A stretch of 64,000 nt of DNA from Candidatus Hodarchaeota archaeon (GCA_048887225.1 JBHLJY010000005.1:128001-192000), one strand, 5' to 3'. Counted from the first letter of the stretch, positions 19,909 through 30,927 are shown. A program made the numbers and translations. The notes: generated by a model not told the origin, from the letters alone.

Positions 19909-20502
19909 ATGATTAAATTCAAGGTTGTTATAGCTGGAGATAAAAATGTGGGAAAGACATCACTTTTGAGGCGCTATGCAACTGGTAAATTTGATAAAAG
20001 TACTTTGTCGACAATTGGAGTTGATTTCGAGACAAAAAAAGTAAATGTTGGGGCAGAAGTTGATATACTTCTCAATCTATGGGACTTCGGGGGAGAAAAG
20101 AAGTTTCGCATTCTTTTTCCTTCCTATGCTTCTGGCGCGTCTGGAGCTTTATTGCTCTATGATATTACAAATAAAGAGAGTTTAACAGATCTTCATGATT
20201 GGATAAAAATCATAAGTAATGTTCAAAATCCTCCAAGGACCAAAATATTAATAGAAAACAAAATAGATTTAGAAGGCCAGAGGGAAGTTTCGAGAGAAAA
20301 AGCCATGGAAATTTTTAAGCAATATAATTTTCAAGGAGAAATCATAGGAACTTCCGCAAAGACGGGTCAAAATGTAGAGGAGGCTTTTCAGATGTTAGGA
20401 GAACAGATACTTAAAAATTCTTTAATAAAATGCTCTAATTGTGGGAAGCATTATCCAATTGAATTAAAATTCTGCCAATATTGTGGCACGAAGCGTTATT
20501 AA
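19909..20502 (+). CDS. Rab-like small GTPase with C-terminal Zn-ribbon
   Basis: GDKNVGKTS, STIGVDF, WDFGG, NKID, TSAK; CSNC..CQYCG. Confidence 0.92.
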   Translation: MIKFKVVIAGDKNVGKTSLLRRYATGKFDKSTLSTIGVDFETKKVNVGAEVDILLNLWDFGGEKKFRILFPSYASGASGALLLYDITNKESLTDLHDWIKIISNVQNPPRTKILIENKIDLEGQREVSREKAMEIFKQYNFQGEIIGTSAKTGQNVEEAFQMLGEQILKNSLIKCSNCGKHYPIELKFCQYCGTKRY

Positions 20503-20677
20503 TTTTTTTAATCGATTTTTTAAATATTCAGGAATATATATTTTTCCTAATAGAAGCTTATTACTTCATTGAATTTAGTATAATTTCTTATTTTTAAAAA
20601 AAAATATATCTTAAAGAAAATTTTACATATAAAAATCATTAAAAAAATATCCTTAACATATCCCAGTCGTTATTAAA

Positions 20678-21748
20678 ATGAGGTATAATATTAACGATGA
20701 TATACAAGAGATCTTAAAGCGTCTTGAAGAAGAGAATATCTCTTTTGAAAACAAAACAATATTAGTTACAGGGGGAGCCGGCTTTCTAGGCTCATGGGTA
20801 TGTGATGTGTTAGTAAAACAAGGGGCTTATTGTATTTGTCTAGATAATTTCTCGTCTGGGCGCTACGAAAATATAGCTCATTTAATGGAAAGGGAAAATT
20901 TTAGGTTTATTAAACACGACATTTCCCAACCTATCTTTTTTGGTTTAACCCATAATTCAAATATTGTTTGTGTAGGAGATATTAAAAAAATTGACATTGT
21001 TATGCATATGGCAAGTAGAGCATCTCCTTTCGAATTCCAACAATATCCAATATCAATTCTAAAAAGTAATACGCTTGGAACAATGATCGCGTTAGGTATA
21101 GCTAAGGAACATGATTCTACGTTCTTTTATACGAGCACATCAGAAGTATACGGAAATCCTCCGAAAGAAGCTGTACCCACATCTGAAAATTACTTCGGAC
21201 ATGTAAATCCTGTTGGACCACGTAGCTGTTATGATGAATCAAAAAGAGCTGGTGAAGCATTCATAAAAGCTTATGAACTTGAACATAACTTAAGAATAAA
21301 AATCAGTAGAATTTTCAACACATCTGGCCCTAGAATACGACATGGTCCGGAATTCGGTCGAGTTATTCCAAATTTTATACATCAGGCTTTAAATGATAAC
21401 GATATAACAGTTTTTGGCGATGGATCACAGACTCGATCTTTTACTTATGTTGTGGATGAAGTCGAAGGAATTTTAAAGATTGTTTATAATGACGAAGCTA
21501 TTGGAGAGGTTATAAATTTAGGAAATGATAAAGAATTTACGATTCTCGAATTAGCAAATTTGATAATTGATTTAACAAATTCAAACTCAAAAATAACATT
21601 TCATCCACTTCCTATTGATGATCCAGTGAGAAGATGTCCAGTCTTAAAAAAAGCTAAAGAAATTATAAATTGGCAACCTACAACTTCAACAGAAGAGGGA
21701 TTAAAAAAAACTATTGCGTGGTTTAAAGATATTGAGCAAGCCGAATAA
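20678..21748 (+). CDS. UDP-glucuronate decarboxylase-like NAD-dependent epimerase/dehydratase
   Basis: TGGAGFLG, ASRASP, STSEVYG, GPRSCYDESKR, RIFNT.GPR, FGDGSQTRSF, DDP.RR.P. Confidence 0.9.
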   Translation: MRYNINDDIQEILKRLEEENISFENKTILVTGGAGFLGSWVCDVLVKQGAYCICLDNFSSGRYENIAHLMERENFRFIKHDISQPIFFGLTHNSNIVCVGDIKKIDIVMHMASRASPFEFQQYPISILKSNTLGTMIALGIAKEHDSTFFYTSTSEVYGNPPKEAVPTSENYFGHVNPVGPRSCYDESKRAGEAFIKAYELEHNLRIKISRIFNTSGPRIRHGPEFGRVIPNFIHQALNDNDITVFGDGSQTRSFTYVVDEVEGILKIVYNDEAIGEVINLGNDKEFTILELANLIIDLTNSNSKITFHPLPIDDPVRRCPVLKKAKEIINWQPTTSTEEGLKKTIAWFKDIEQAE

Positions 21749-22280
21749 ACAAAAAGAACAAGAGAAAGTGGAACTAAACCTTGAAAATAGACAATTTCAA
21801 AAACTACTTAAAGTTAGTTTACTAATGGGAATAATTATTGTCTCTGGCTTTATTGTTTATTATATTTGGTATTTTAATTTCTCGCAAGAAGAGGATTATG
21901 TTGGTTTTGGAATTCTAAACCATCGTAAAGAAGCAGAAGATTACCCTACGATTGCATATGTTAATCAAACTGTTATTTTCTATGTTACAGTTGAATGGAA
22001 GGCAAAGATATTTAGCAATGATTTTACGTTTAAAGTAAGAGTCTATAGAGGAGGTAATCAGACTGAATTAAGCTCAGATGGGGCTCAAAACGCAGAGTTT
22101 CTTTATTCAACTGATAAAGTAACTCTAAAACCAAATGAAGAATGGGAGTCAGACGAATTAAGTGTGTCTTTTCCTCAATCTGGATCAAATCAAATTATTA
22201 TTGTAGAATTATGGGAATATACTGATGATAAAAGAGAATTCTACGATATTTTATGGTTACGGTTAAATATAATTTCTTAA
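21732..22280 (+). CDS. DUF1616-like single-TM membrane protein
   Basis: One TM followed by FGILN...AEDYP; C-terminal LWLRLNI; start uncertain (TTG 21732 or 21714). Confidence 0.55.
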   Translation: MSKPNKQKEQEKVELNLENRQFQKLLKVSLLMGIIIVSGFIVYYIWYFNFSQEEDYVGFGILNHRKEAEDYPTIAYVNQTVIFYVTVEWKAKIFSNDFTFKVRVYRGGNQTELSSDGAQNAEFLYSTDKVTLKPNEEWESDELSVSFPQSGSNQIIIVELWEYTDDKREFYDILWLRLNIIS

Positions 22281-22296
22281 AATATTGAATCACAGC

Positions 22297-23667
22297 TTAA
22301 CTCACTGCCCCAATAATTCTTACATCCTTGATTCTTACAAAAGGAGCATGATATGCACCATAAATGCTAAATTCTTTAGAAACAGCATCAATATTTTTGA
22401 ATAGATCTAAAAGATTTATTCCAAACATAGTTTCGTTCAACGGTTCTTTTATCTCTCCATTTTCAATTAAATTGCCGTGAAGAATTAAGCCAGAAAAATC
22501 ACCAGTAGTTATATTAGGCGAATCACCTGTATAATCTAAGATGATTCCCTCATTTACATCCTTGATGATTTCTTCTTTAGTATAATCTCCATTTTTCATA
22601 ATAAAATTGGAAATGCCAATTGACGGTACAGAACTATACGAACTTCGAGAAGCATTCCCCGTACTTTCAACTCCTTCTTTTCCTGCTGTATAGCTATTAT
22701 GGATTAATTGAAGAAATTTGCCGTTTTCAATTATTCTTTTATTTTTGCACGGAACACCCTCACCATCAAATTGAGTTGAACCTGATAGTCCATTTATTAA
22801 CGCATTGTCCTCAATGTTTAAATATTCTGTACCTATTATTTTATCTTTTTTGCCAACAAGAAAGCTTCTCTTATATTGAAAAGTTTCTCCATTAACTGCG
22901 GAAGCAATTGGGTTCAAAATAAAACTAATTGTACCTTTAGGTGTTAATATCAACGGAACTCTCATATTTTTTATTTTAATGCGATTTAAATTCCGTTTTG
23001 CATCTTCTAATGCCCTTTTGGCAATTTTTATAGCATTAATATTTTTTAGACTTCTTTCAGATTGCCAATCGTACCCGAATGAAGTCTCATTTCGGATTTT
23101 ATCCTTAACAATGATGTTTGAAGAAATTGAACAATTTGTTTCCATACCATTAATTTCTACACCATTAGTGTTAAAGATATACCTCTTAGAATAGTTTGAT
23201 AGAAAATTTGCCGATTGAGATATCGCCATCTCATCATTGTTGCATATTTTAATTAAATCCTCAGCATATTCTACAGAATCTTCAATTTGCAAATTTTTTA
23301 ATTTAGAATCAAATAAACCTTTTACTCGGGGATAACTATTACATTTTTTTGGTAAATCCTTAAAATCTACATCTTCAGTGCCAGCTTTCATCATTTTACT
23401 TGCTACTTTAACAGTCCTTTCAATTGACTTTTTCTCTAAGGCGTTAGTAAATGCAAAACCAAGTGAACCCCGTTTGTCTATAACTCTTATTGAGACGCCA
23501 AAGTCGCTTCCGATTTCACTATTTTTAACAGAATTTTCTTCAATTTCAATGCTTATATAATTATTTTTGCCAAAAAAAATTTCTGCACAACTGAGATTAG
23601 AATTACTCTTTTCTGCTAAATTTAAACCATATTTAGCTAAACTATAAACATCGATCTTATTATCCAT
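22297..23667 (-). CDS. pmbA: TldE/PmbA family protein
   Basis: GVSIRV, FDGEGVP, STGNASR, N.TTGDFS; lacks HExxH; downstream of tldD. Confidence 0.88.
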   Translation of the reverse strand: MDNKIDVYSLAKYGLNLAEKSNSNLSCAEIFFGKNNYISIEIEENSVKNSEIGSDFGVSIRVIDKRGSLGFAFTNALEKKSIERTVKVASKMMKAGTEDVDFKDLPKKCNSYPRVKGLFDSKLKNLQIEDSVEYAEDLIKICNNDEMAISQSANFLSNYSKRYIFNTNGVEINGMETNCSISSNIIVKDKIRNETSFGYDWQSERSLKNINAIKIAKRALEDAKRNLNRIKIKNMRVPLILTPKGTISFILNPIASAVNGETFQYKRSFLVGKKDKIIGTEYLNIEDNALINGLSGSTQFDGEGVPCKNKRIIENGKFLQLIHNSYTAGKEGVESTGNASRSSYSSVPSIGISNFIMKNGDYTKEEIIKDVNEGIILDYTGDSPNITTGDFSGLILHGNLIENGEIKEPLNETMFGINLLDLFKNIDAVSKEFSIYGAYHAPFVRIKDVRIIGAVS

Positions 23668-25116
23668 TTAATTTAAACCTCCCACTACTACATTTTCTAC
23701 TCTAATATATGGTCCACCATCACAAACGCGAACGCTTTGTCCACCTTTACCACACATTCCGTCACTATAGCTAATCTCTTTTCCAATTGCAGAAATTTTA
23801 TTTAGAACTTCTAGCGTCATACCAGATAATGCGACATCTCTCATCATTTCCTTTTTTTCTCCATTCTCAATTTTATAGGACATTTTGCATTTAAATTGGA
23901 AGTTTCCTGTCGTTGTATCCGTGTATCCATATTGAAAATCTTCGCAAAGAATTCCATTTTGAGTGTCCTCAATCATTTCCTCCAAGCTCCAATCTTTTGG
24001 CTCAAGTATTGTTATCCCCATACGAACTTGGGGTTTTGAACTATTTGAAGCTGCTCTACCGTGACCATTTGCGGGAAAATTCATTCTTGAAGAGGTTTCA
24101 AGACTATGTAAAAAACTTTTTAAAATACCATTTTTGATTATCACAGTTTTCTGTGAGAGAATCCCCTCATCATCAACAAAATAACTTCCAAATAATTCAT
24201 AGGGCAAATTATATTTTTTTCCTTGTCCCATCGTTGGATCATCAATAATACTAACATCCTTAATTGCTACTTTCTCTCCAATTTTTCCTTCTAAAATACT
24301 TTCTTTATTTAGAACTATATCAGCCTCACAAGCATGACCAAAAGCTTCGTGTACAAAAGTGCCTGTTAATTTAGGGTCCATAATAACTTTAAATTTACCC
24401 CCAATCGGAGATTTTGCGTCCAGCAACTGAATTGCTTCTCTTGCCGTTTTATTACTTAAATTGTTGGCTTCCTCAGTATCAACAATTTCAAAACCTCCAA
24501 GCCCGCCAATGGAATTAACAGCCCTTTGAAGAATTCCATTTTTTTTAGCATAGACTAAACTATATAATCGTATTAAAGTTATATCTTGAGATATTATGCT
24601 TCCAAAGGAATTTAAAAACAAATTATAGGAGTGTCCATCAATGTAATAAGTATGTGTATTTTTTACACGTGAAGAATAGTTGGAGGCTATTTTTTCGTGA
24701 TACTTAACTTTCTCTATTTTCTCTTCAATACTAATGCTTTCTAGTTTCTTCTTATTACTAATTTTGAAGTTTTTAATTAACGGATCTCTTTCTTCTATCT
24801 TAAATTTATTCTTACATAAAGATTCTGATAATTTTGCAAGTTTGATTGCTTTCATAAATCCATTTTTTATAGACTCTTTAGAAATATCTTTAAGAACTGT
24901 GAATCCCCACCCACCATTAATAAAAGTTCTGATTCCACATTCACTAACTTTGAAAGAAGATATTTCCTTGCTCTTCTGATCTGTAAAATCTAGATTAGTT
25001 CCTACTCCTATTCCAGCTTTAATATCCCAGTATTCTATTTTATTTAATGCTATTTGATTAAGTTCATTAATCAAATTATTGTCAATTTGTATTAGGTTAT
25101 CAATATTAATTGTCAT
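23668..25116 (-). CDS. tldD: TldD family metalloprotease
   Basis: HEAFGHACEAD, DDEG, NGHGRA, VRM, CGKGGQ. Confidence 0.92.
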   Translation of the reverse strand: MTINIDNLIQIDNNLINELNQIALNKIEYWDIKAGIGVGTNLDFTDQKSKEISSFKVSECGIRTFINGGWGFTVLKDISKESIKNGFMKAIKLAKLSESLCKNKFKIEERDPLIKNFKISNKKKLESISIEEKIEKVKYHEKIASNYSSRVKNTHTYYIDGHSYNLFLNSFGSIISQDITLIRLYSLVYAKKNGILQRAVNSIGGLGGFEIVDTEEANNLSNKTAREAIQLLDAKSPIGGKFKVIMDPKLTGTFVHEAFGHACEADIVLNKESILEGKIGEKVAIKDVSIIDDPTMGQGKKYNLPYELFGSYFVDDEGILSQKTVIIKNGILKSFLHSLETSSRMNFPANGHGRAASNSSKPQVRMGITILEPKDWSLEEMIEDTQNGILCEDFQYGYTDTTTGNFQFKCKMSYKIENGEKKEMMRDVALSGMTLEVLNKISAIGKEISYSDGMCGKGGQSVRVCDGGPYIRVENVVVGGLN

Positions 25117-25215
25117 AAAATAGATTAAATTATTAATTAAGTATGAAAATGAATCTATAAAAGAAAAAATTATGTAATTAAATTATTTAAACTCATTCTA
25201 TTGGAGAAATTCATC

Positions 25216-25482
25216 TTAAATATTTTTTTCTTTTAAGGGGAATAGTGTAATGAGATCGGTTTTTCGATTAATATATTTTGTAAGATTCTCACCATTACGT
25301 CTTTTTTTCAATTCTTTAATAATTGCTATAGCACTACTTACTGAACATTTTTTAGTGAATTTAGTTGATTTGTGATATAGAAATGTGTGAAAGCATTTCA
25401 AGCATTTCTTCCTTTTAATTATTTTATTACAGTAATACCATGCTCCGCAATAATAACATCTAAAAAAATAAAATTTTTGCAT
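25216..25482 (-). CDS. Small Zn-ribbon protein (DUF1922-like)
   Basis: FRCYYCG...KKCLKC. Confidence 0.55.
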   Translation of the reverse strand: MQKFYFFRCYYCGAWYYCNKIIKRKKCLKCFHTFLYHKSTKFTKKCSVSSAIAIIKELKKRRNGENLTKYINRKTDLITLFPLKEKNI

Positions 25483-25642
25483 TCTTGATCTATGAAGAAA
25501 AGAATATAATATAGTTTCAATAAGTTCGAGGATTTTCTAAATTTTCAATCATATTAATTTTTTAATAAAATTCTAATAAGTAATATAATATTAGGGACGA
25601 TACATTACATCAATTAGGAAAAAAAGAAAAAGGGAAGAAATT

Positions 25643-26995
25643 ATGGATCATAAATTTATTCACCCAGTTGAAACACGATATCGTACGAAAATTTCAGAGT
25701 TATTTACAGAAGAAAAAAAACTTAATGATTGGATGTTAATTGAGGCGGTTTTAGCGAAATCTCATGCAAGGTTAAGAACTATTCCAAAAGAAGCTGCAGA
25801 AGAAATAGATAAGGCAAGAAAGAAAGTTAAATTAGCGAGAGTTAAAGAAATAGACAGAGAAATTCACCATGATTTAATGGCCATGGTAAAAGCTTTAGCA
25901 GAACAATGCGAAGGAGATGCTGGTAAGTACATACACTTAGGCGCAACGAGTTATGATATTGAAGATACTGCTATAGCGTTACAATTAAGGGAGGCACTGC
26001 AGTATATACAAAATTCTCTAAAAGATTTACTCAAAGAACTTATAAGGCTTATGGAAGAGAAAAAAGAACTTGTCTGCATTGGTAGAACTCATGGACAGCA
26101 CGCACTTCCGACTACTTATGGGATGAGATTCGCGGTTTGGGCATATGAAATTGATAGACATCTCGAACGTATATCTGAAACTATGGGGCGTATTTCATAC
26201 GGGAAAATGTCTGGTGCTGTTGGAACTATGGCTAGTTTTGGTGAGAAGGGCATAGAATTACAAAAAATGGTCATGAAAGAATTAGATTTAAATCCTGTAA
26301 TGATTGCAAATCAAGTTGTTCAAAGGGATCGTCAAGCGGAAGTAATCTTATTGACGGCTTTAATTGGACAAACATTAGCTAAAATAGCAAGAGAGAATCG
26401 CATATTACAAAGAAACGAAATTGCAGAAATGTTTGAACCATTTAAGAAAGAACAAGTAGGAAGCTCAACAATGCCTCATAAAAGAAATCCTCACAAATCA
26501 GAACGAATTTGTAGTTTAGCAAGAGTGGTAAAATCTAACATAATTCCCGCGTTAGATAACATAATTTTAGAGGATGAACGTGATTTAACAAATTCAGCTT
26601 CAGAGAGAGTAATATTTGCCGAAAATTTCATATTTTTAGATTTTATGATAAAAGAATTAATAAAAAATCTTCAAGGGCTCGAATTTGACGAGGTTAAAAT
26701 AGAGGAAAACCTCAATCTTACAAAAGGCGCTTGCTTAGCTGAAAAACTTATGATGGAATTAGTTAATAAGGGAATTGGAAGACAAGAAGGGTATGAGATC
26801 TTAAGACAGGCAGCAATAAAAGCGAGAAAAAGGAGTGAATATCTTAAAGATGTCTTAATAGAGAACGAAAAAATTAAAAATAATTTCTCAAAAGAAGATA
26901 TAGACGAGATTTTAAATCCTCATAAATATATTGGGAAAGCAATTGAACAAGTAGATAATTTATTAAAAGTTCTTAAAGTTAAATATAAGTTGTAA
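25643..26995 (+). CDS. purB: Adenylosuccinate lyase
   Basis: HD, HLGATSYD, GRTHGQHA.PTT.G, SGAVGT, GSSTMPHKRNP, ERDLTNS. Confidence 0.97.
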   Translation: MDHKFIHPVETRYRTKISELFTEEKKLNDWMLIEAVLAKSHARLRTIPKEAAEEIDKARKKVKLARVKEIDREIHHDLMAMVKALAEQCEGDAGKYIHLGATSYDIEDTAIALQLREALQYIQNSLKDLLKELIRLMEEKKELVCIGRTHGQHALPTTYGMRFAVWAYEIDRHLERISETMGRISYGKMSGAVGTMASFGEKGIELQKMVMKELDLNPVMIANQVVQRDRQAEVILLTALIGQTLAKIARENRILQRNEIAEMFEPFKKEQVGSSTMPHKRNPHKSERICSLARVVKSNIIPALDNIILEDERDLTNSASERVIFAENFIFLDFMIKELIKNLQGLEFDEVKIEENLNLTKGACLAEKLMMELVNKGIGRQEGYEILRQAAIKARKRSEYLKDVLIENEKIKNNFSKEDIDEILNPHKYIGKAIEQVDNLLKVLKVKYKL

Positions 26996-27004
26996 AGTTA
27001 TAAT

Positions 27005-28186
27005 ATGGCAGATAATAATAACTTATATTCAAAATTAGGCGTATCGTCAAGAAAAGAAGATGTCTATGAGGCCATTAAATCAATCGATAAAGGTCTGTTC
27101 CCAGGAGCTTTTTGTAAAATAATAGAGGATATAGCAGGTAGAGACGATTATTGTTCTGTTTTTCACGCCGATGGAGCAGGCACAAAAGCAAGTTTGGCGT
27201 ATATGTATTACAAAGAAACAGGCGACATTTCAGTTTTTAAGGGTATTGTTAAAGACGCAATGATAATGAATATTGATGATTTTTTATGCGTAGGTGCTAC
27301 TGGTAATGTATTTTTTTCAAATAATCTCGGAAGGAACAGTAAATTCATTAAAGGAGATGTGGTTGGCACAATCATAAAAGAATATCACGATTACAGCAAA
27401 AAATTAACTTCACTCGGCTTGAATGTTACTATATGTGGGGGAGAAACTGCTGATGTAGCAGATTTAGTTAAAACTCTTATTGTTGACGCCTCAGCATTCA
27501 CTATTATGAAAAGAGAGGATATAATTGATGCAAGTAATATAAAACCTGCCGATGTTATTGTAGGTTTAGCGAGTTACGGAAAAGCCTCTTATGAGGAGGA
27601 ATTTAATAGTGGGATTGGAAGTAATGGATTAACATTAGCCAAGCATGGTACACTCAGCCATGAATATTATAAGAAATATCCAGAATGTTACGATCAAAAT
27701 CTTGACGAGAAATATATTTTTTTTGGTAAACATCGGTTAACAGATACGATTGACGACCTTAAATTAAATATTGGAAAAGCATTATTATCACCGACGCGAA
27801 CATATTCACCAGTCATTCTAGATGTTTTAAAAAATTATAGAAATGATATTCATGGGATAATCCATAATACTGGTGGTGGGCAAACAAAAATTCTAAATTT
27901 TGGTAATGGTATTAAATATATTAAAAATAACTTATTTCAAATTCCTAAAATATTTGAAATAATTCAGCAATCGTCCGGAACTCATTGGAAAGAAATGTAT
28001 AGCGTATTTAATATGGGACATAGAATGGAGTTATTATGTAATGAATTAATAGCACCAGAAATTATTAAAATCACGAAAAAATATAATATTGATTCCAAAA
28101 TTATTGGACATTGCGAAAAATCCCCAATGAAAGGTAAAAATGTTTTAGAGATAAAGTCAGAATTTGGTTCTTTTAAATATGATTAG
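27005..28186 (+). CDS. purM: Phosphoribosylformylglycinamidine cyclo-ligase (AIR synthase)
   Basis: DGAGTK, MNIDD, GGETA, GSNG, PTRTY, HNTGGG, VFNMGH. Confidence 0.88.
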   Translation: MADNNNLYSKLGVSSRKEDVYEAIKSIDKGLFPGAFCKIIEDIAGRDDYCSVFHADGAGTKASLAYMYYKETGDISVFKGIVKDAMIMNIDDFLCVGATGNVFFSNNLGRNSKFIKGDVVGTIIKEYHDYSKKLTSLGLNVTICGGETADVADLVKTLIVDASAFTIMKREDIIDASNIKPADVIVGLASYGKASYEEEFNSGIGSNGLTLAKHGTLSHEYYKKYPECYDQNLDEKYIFFGKHRLTDTIDDLKLNIGKALLSPTRTYSPVILDVLKNYRNDIHGIIHNTGGGQTKILNFGNGIKYIKNNLFQIPKIFEIIQQSSGTHWKEMYSVFNMGHRMELLCNELIAPEIIKITKKYNIDSKIIGHCEKSPMKGKNVLEIKSEFGSFKYD

Positions 28187-28197
28187 GGGATTAAAAA

Positions 28198-29154
28198 ATG
28201 ATTAAAAATTTGGATGTAATTTGTATAGGTGCAGCTCTTGTTGACATGGTTGCTAATGTAGAGAGGCATCCCCTAGAAGATGATGAAGTTTTTGTATCAG
28301 ATTTAAAGTTATTATCAGGAGGAGCGGCTGCCAATACTGCTTATGCGTGCGCTAAATTAGGATTGAAGACTGCGTTTATTGGAAAGTTAGGCCATAATGA
28401 TGAATTTGGAAATAAAATTATTAGCGATTTTAAAGAAGTTTCCGTGGATACATCGCTAATAAAATATTCTAATAATTATGGTACGGGATCGGCTTATGTT
28501 GCTTTAAATTCTGAGGGAAATAGGAGGATTTATGCACATAGTGGAGCTGCAAATTATCTTTCAAAAGATGATATAATAACTGAAGAGTTATTAAGAGGCA
28601 AGCTAATCTACTTAAGTAGTTTAAAAAATATAGAACCTTTTATTGAAGCCGCTGAAATTGGGAGAGAAAACTATATTCCCGTAATATTAAATCCTGGTAT
28701 GTTGATAATTGACCAAGGACTCGATAATATTATACAATTGTTTGAAAAAATTGATATACTTATATTATCTCAACGAGAATATATGACGCTTCTTAACATT
28801 CAAGGGCCAGAATTGAGGGAAGAAGTCATTTTAGATACATCAAATAATATTCTAAAATTAGGTATCAAAGTAATTATTATTACTATGGGTAGTAATGGTG
28901 CGTATTTACTAACTAAAAAAGATTCAGCAATAATTTCGGCAAAGAAAGTTAAAAATGTAATAGACACGACAGGGGCGGGTGATGCTTTTTCAGCAGGCTT
29001 TATTTTCAGATTTGTTCAACATTTAGGTTATGATTTTACGGAACTTAAATTTAACGTAGAATTTGGAAATCTTATTGCTGGAAGATGTATTCAAAAGTTA
29101 GGTGCCAGAAAGGGGATTCCTTCTCGTAAGGAATTTATGAATTTTATTGATTAA
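28198..29154 (+). CDS. PfkB family carbohydrate kinase
   Basis: GGAAAN.A...AKLG, DTTGAGDAF. Confidence 0.92.
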   Translation: MIKNLDVICIGAALVDMVANVERHPLEDDEVFVSDLKLLSGGAAANTAYACAKLGLKTAFIGKLGHNDEFGNKIISDFKEVSVDTSLIKYSNNYGTGSAYVALNSEGNRRIYAHSGAANYLSKDDIITEELLRGKLIYLSSLKNIEPFIEAAEIGRENYIPVILNPGMLIIDQGLDNIIQLFEKIDILILSQREYMTLLNIQGPELREEVILDTSNNILKLGIKVIIITMGSNGAYLLTKKDSAIISAKKVKNVIDTTGAGDAFSAGFIFRFVQHLGYDFTELKFNVEFGNLIAGRCIQKLGARKGIPSRKEFMNFID

Positions 29155-29230
29155 AGTTAAACAAAAAAGTTTATAACTTTTTAATTAAATAATTTTTCAA
29201 TTAGAAACTTATGTTTTAATTACCACTCCA

Positions 29231-30292
29231 ATGGAGACTAGTAATAATACAAAGAATAAAATTGTAAATAATAGACTTAAGTTTTTTGCTGAAGTGGTAA
29301 TTGTATTTATAGGAATATTCTTATTTTTGCTTATTCCAATTATTTTACTTCAATTGTTTATAGAAAGGAATTCTACTTTTTATGGTCCTTTATATTATTT
29401 GCTAAGAGCCATATGTATTCTTATAGCGATTCCTCTCTTCCTATTTGTATCTAATATTATATTAAATTCCCAAGAAAAACAAATTATAGTCGAAAATGAA
29501 TCGAGCCCTGCTACTGCGCATTTTAAACTTTATTCTGTTACGGAAGGAGATTTTAAGGAACAATTATTATTTGCAGTTTTGATTTTATTCATAGTTTTCA
29601 TACCTTTAGATTTTCTTATTTATTTTTTAGTTCCTGAAATGCTTGAGTACACTGGTAATGTATTATCAACACAGACCACTGATACTTATTTATTACAAAG
29701 TTATTATATTTTTCTTATTTCAGTTATATTAATTCAAATTAGTGTTGCGATATACGAAGAATCACTCTCGAGAGGATTTTTAACAAAGAGAGGAAGCGAA
29801 TATTTCCATAAAATGTCTGCTGTAATTATATCCTCTTTATATTTTGGACTCATGCATTTTGCTTATTTCTTTAATCCTATAAGTAAAAATTATCCTATTT
29901 GGTTCCCTTTTATATGGTTTCTACAAACTTTTACTGTAGGGATAATGCTATCTATCTATATCTTAAAAAAAAAGAGATTATTTCCCGTAATTTTTGCCCA
30001 TGCTTTAAATAATATTATTTCTGCTCATGCTGTTTGGAATTATTTACAAGGAAACGATTTTAGTATAGTAGTAATTTACCTTTATCTTCCTTTATTAGTT
30101 ATCAGTGTGGCTTTGTTTATTTTGTATTTTCCAAGGATTAAACACGGAATTTCGACGGGATTTGATGAATTTAAGACATATTTTAAAAAAGATGAATCCA
30201 TAGGAGAATCTAAAGTAGATCTGTATTTTCGTATTTTCTTTGATTTTATCATGGGAGTTTTTATTTTAATTTTAGGCTTTTTATTAGTATGA
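29231..30292 (+). CDS. CPBP (Abi/CAAX-II) intramembrane metalloprotease
   Basis: EESLSRG, FGLMH, HALNN; polytopic. Confidence 0.88.
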   Translation: METSNNTKNKIVNNRLKFFAEVVIVFIGIFLFLLIPIILLQLFIERNSTFYGPLYYLLRAICILIAIPLFLFVSNIILNSQEKQIIVENESSPATAHFKLYSVTEGDFKEQLLFAVLILFIVFIPLDFLIYFLVPEMLEYTGNVLSTQTTDTYLLQSYYIFLISVILIQISVAIYEESLSRGFLTKRGSEYFHKMSAVIISSLYFGLMHFAYFFNPISKNYPIWFPFIWFLQTFTVGIMLSIYILKKKRLFPVIFAHALNNIISAHAVWNYLQGNDFSIVVIYLYLPLLVISVALFILYFPRIKHGISTGFDEFKTYFKKDESIGESKVDLYFRIFFDFIMGVFILILGFLLV

Positions 30293-30307
30293 GGGAGGAA
30301 TACTTAA

Positions 30308-30829
30308 ATGGTTAAATTCGGGATAATTTCTGATACTCACATTAAAAAAAATGATGATGCCATGAAAATTAATGATTTATTAAAGCAGATACAAAAAGTA
30401 TTTAATGATGTTGACGAAATTATTCACGCGGGTGATGTATGTGACGAGTTCTTTTTAGAAGACTTAAAGAAAATAGCCCCTACTAAATGTGTCAGAGGAA
30501 ATCTAGATAAAATTACCAATATAGAAGATTTTATTAGATTTTCTGCTGGTAAATATAATATCGGAGTAATTCATAATTTACCTGATGATGTTGAAGGTTT
30601 CTTTAAAGATAATAATTTACATATATTAATCTATGGACACACACATAAACCTATTATAAAAGGAACTCCATATAACACCTTAATTTTAAATCCAGGTTCC
30701 CCTACTAAACCTAAAGCGCCTCCAGCAAAAAGAGGTTTTGATAAGCCAATCGCAAGACCCAGTGTAATGATATTGGAAATTGATGAACAAGATTTTTTAA
30801 AATCTTTCATAATTAATATAAAAATTTAA
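30308..30829 (+). CDS. YfcE/MJ0936-family metallophosphoesterase
   Basis: ISDTH, HAGD, VRGN.D, GHTH, NPGS. Confidence 0.9.
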   Translation: MVKFGIISDTHIKKNDDAMKINDLLKQIQKVFNDVDEIIHAGDVCDEFFLEDLKKIAPTKCVRGNLDKITNIEDFIRFSAGKYNIGVIHNLPDDVEGFFKDNNLHILIYGHTHKPIIKGTPYNTLILNPGSPTKPKAPPAKRGFDKPIARPSVMILEIDEQDFLKSFIINIKI

Positions 30830-30927
30830 TTCATATGTTTAAAACTATATATAGGATTTTAAACTTATATAGATCTTAGGAAAGTTAGGTAAAATATTCT
30901 TTCTAAATGAGATAAACTGTGCTAAAT

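Noticed and set aside
20930-20990. Extra ~15 aa in the UDP-glucuronate decarboxylase as a possible in-frame intron
   Set aside because: The BHB-like pairings I could draw are weak, and their removal causes a stop or frameshift.
30308-30829. Vps29 (retromer) assignment
   Set aside because: The motifs fit generic YfcE/MJ0936 phosphoesterases, and the two cannot be separated without phylogeny.
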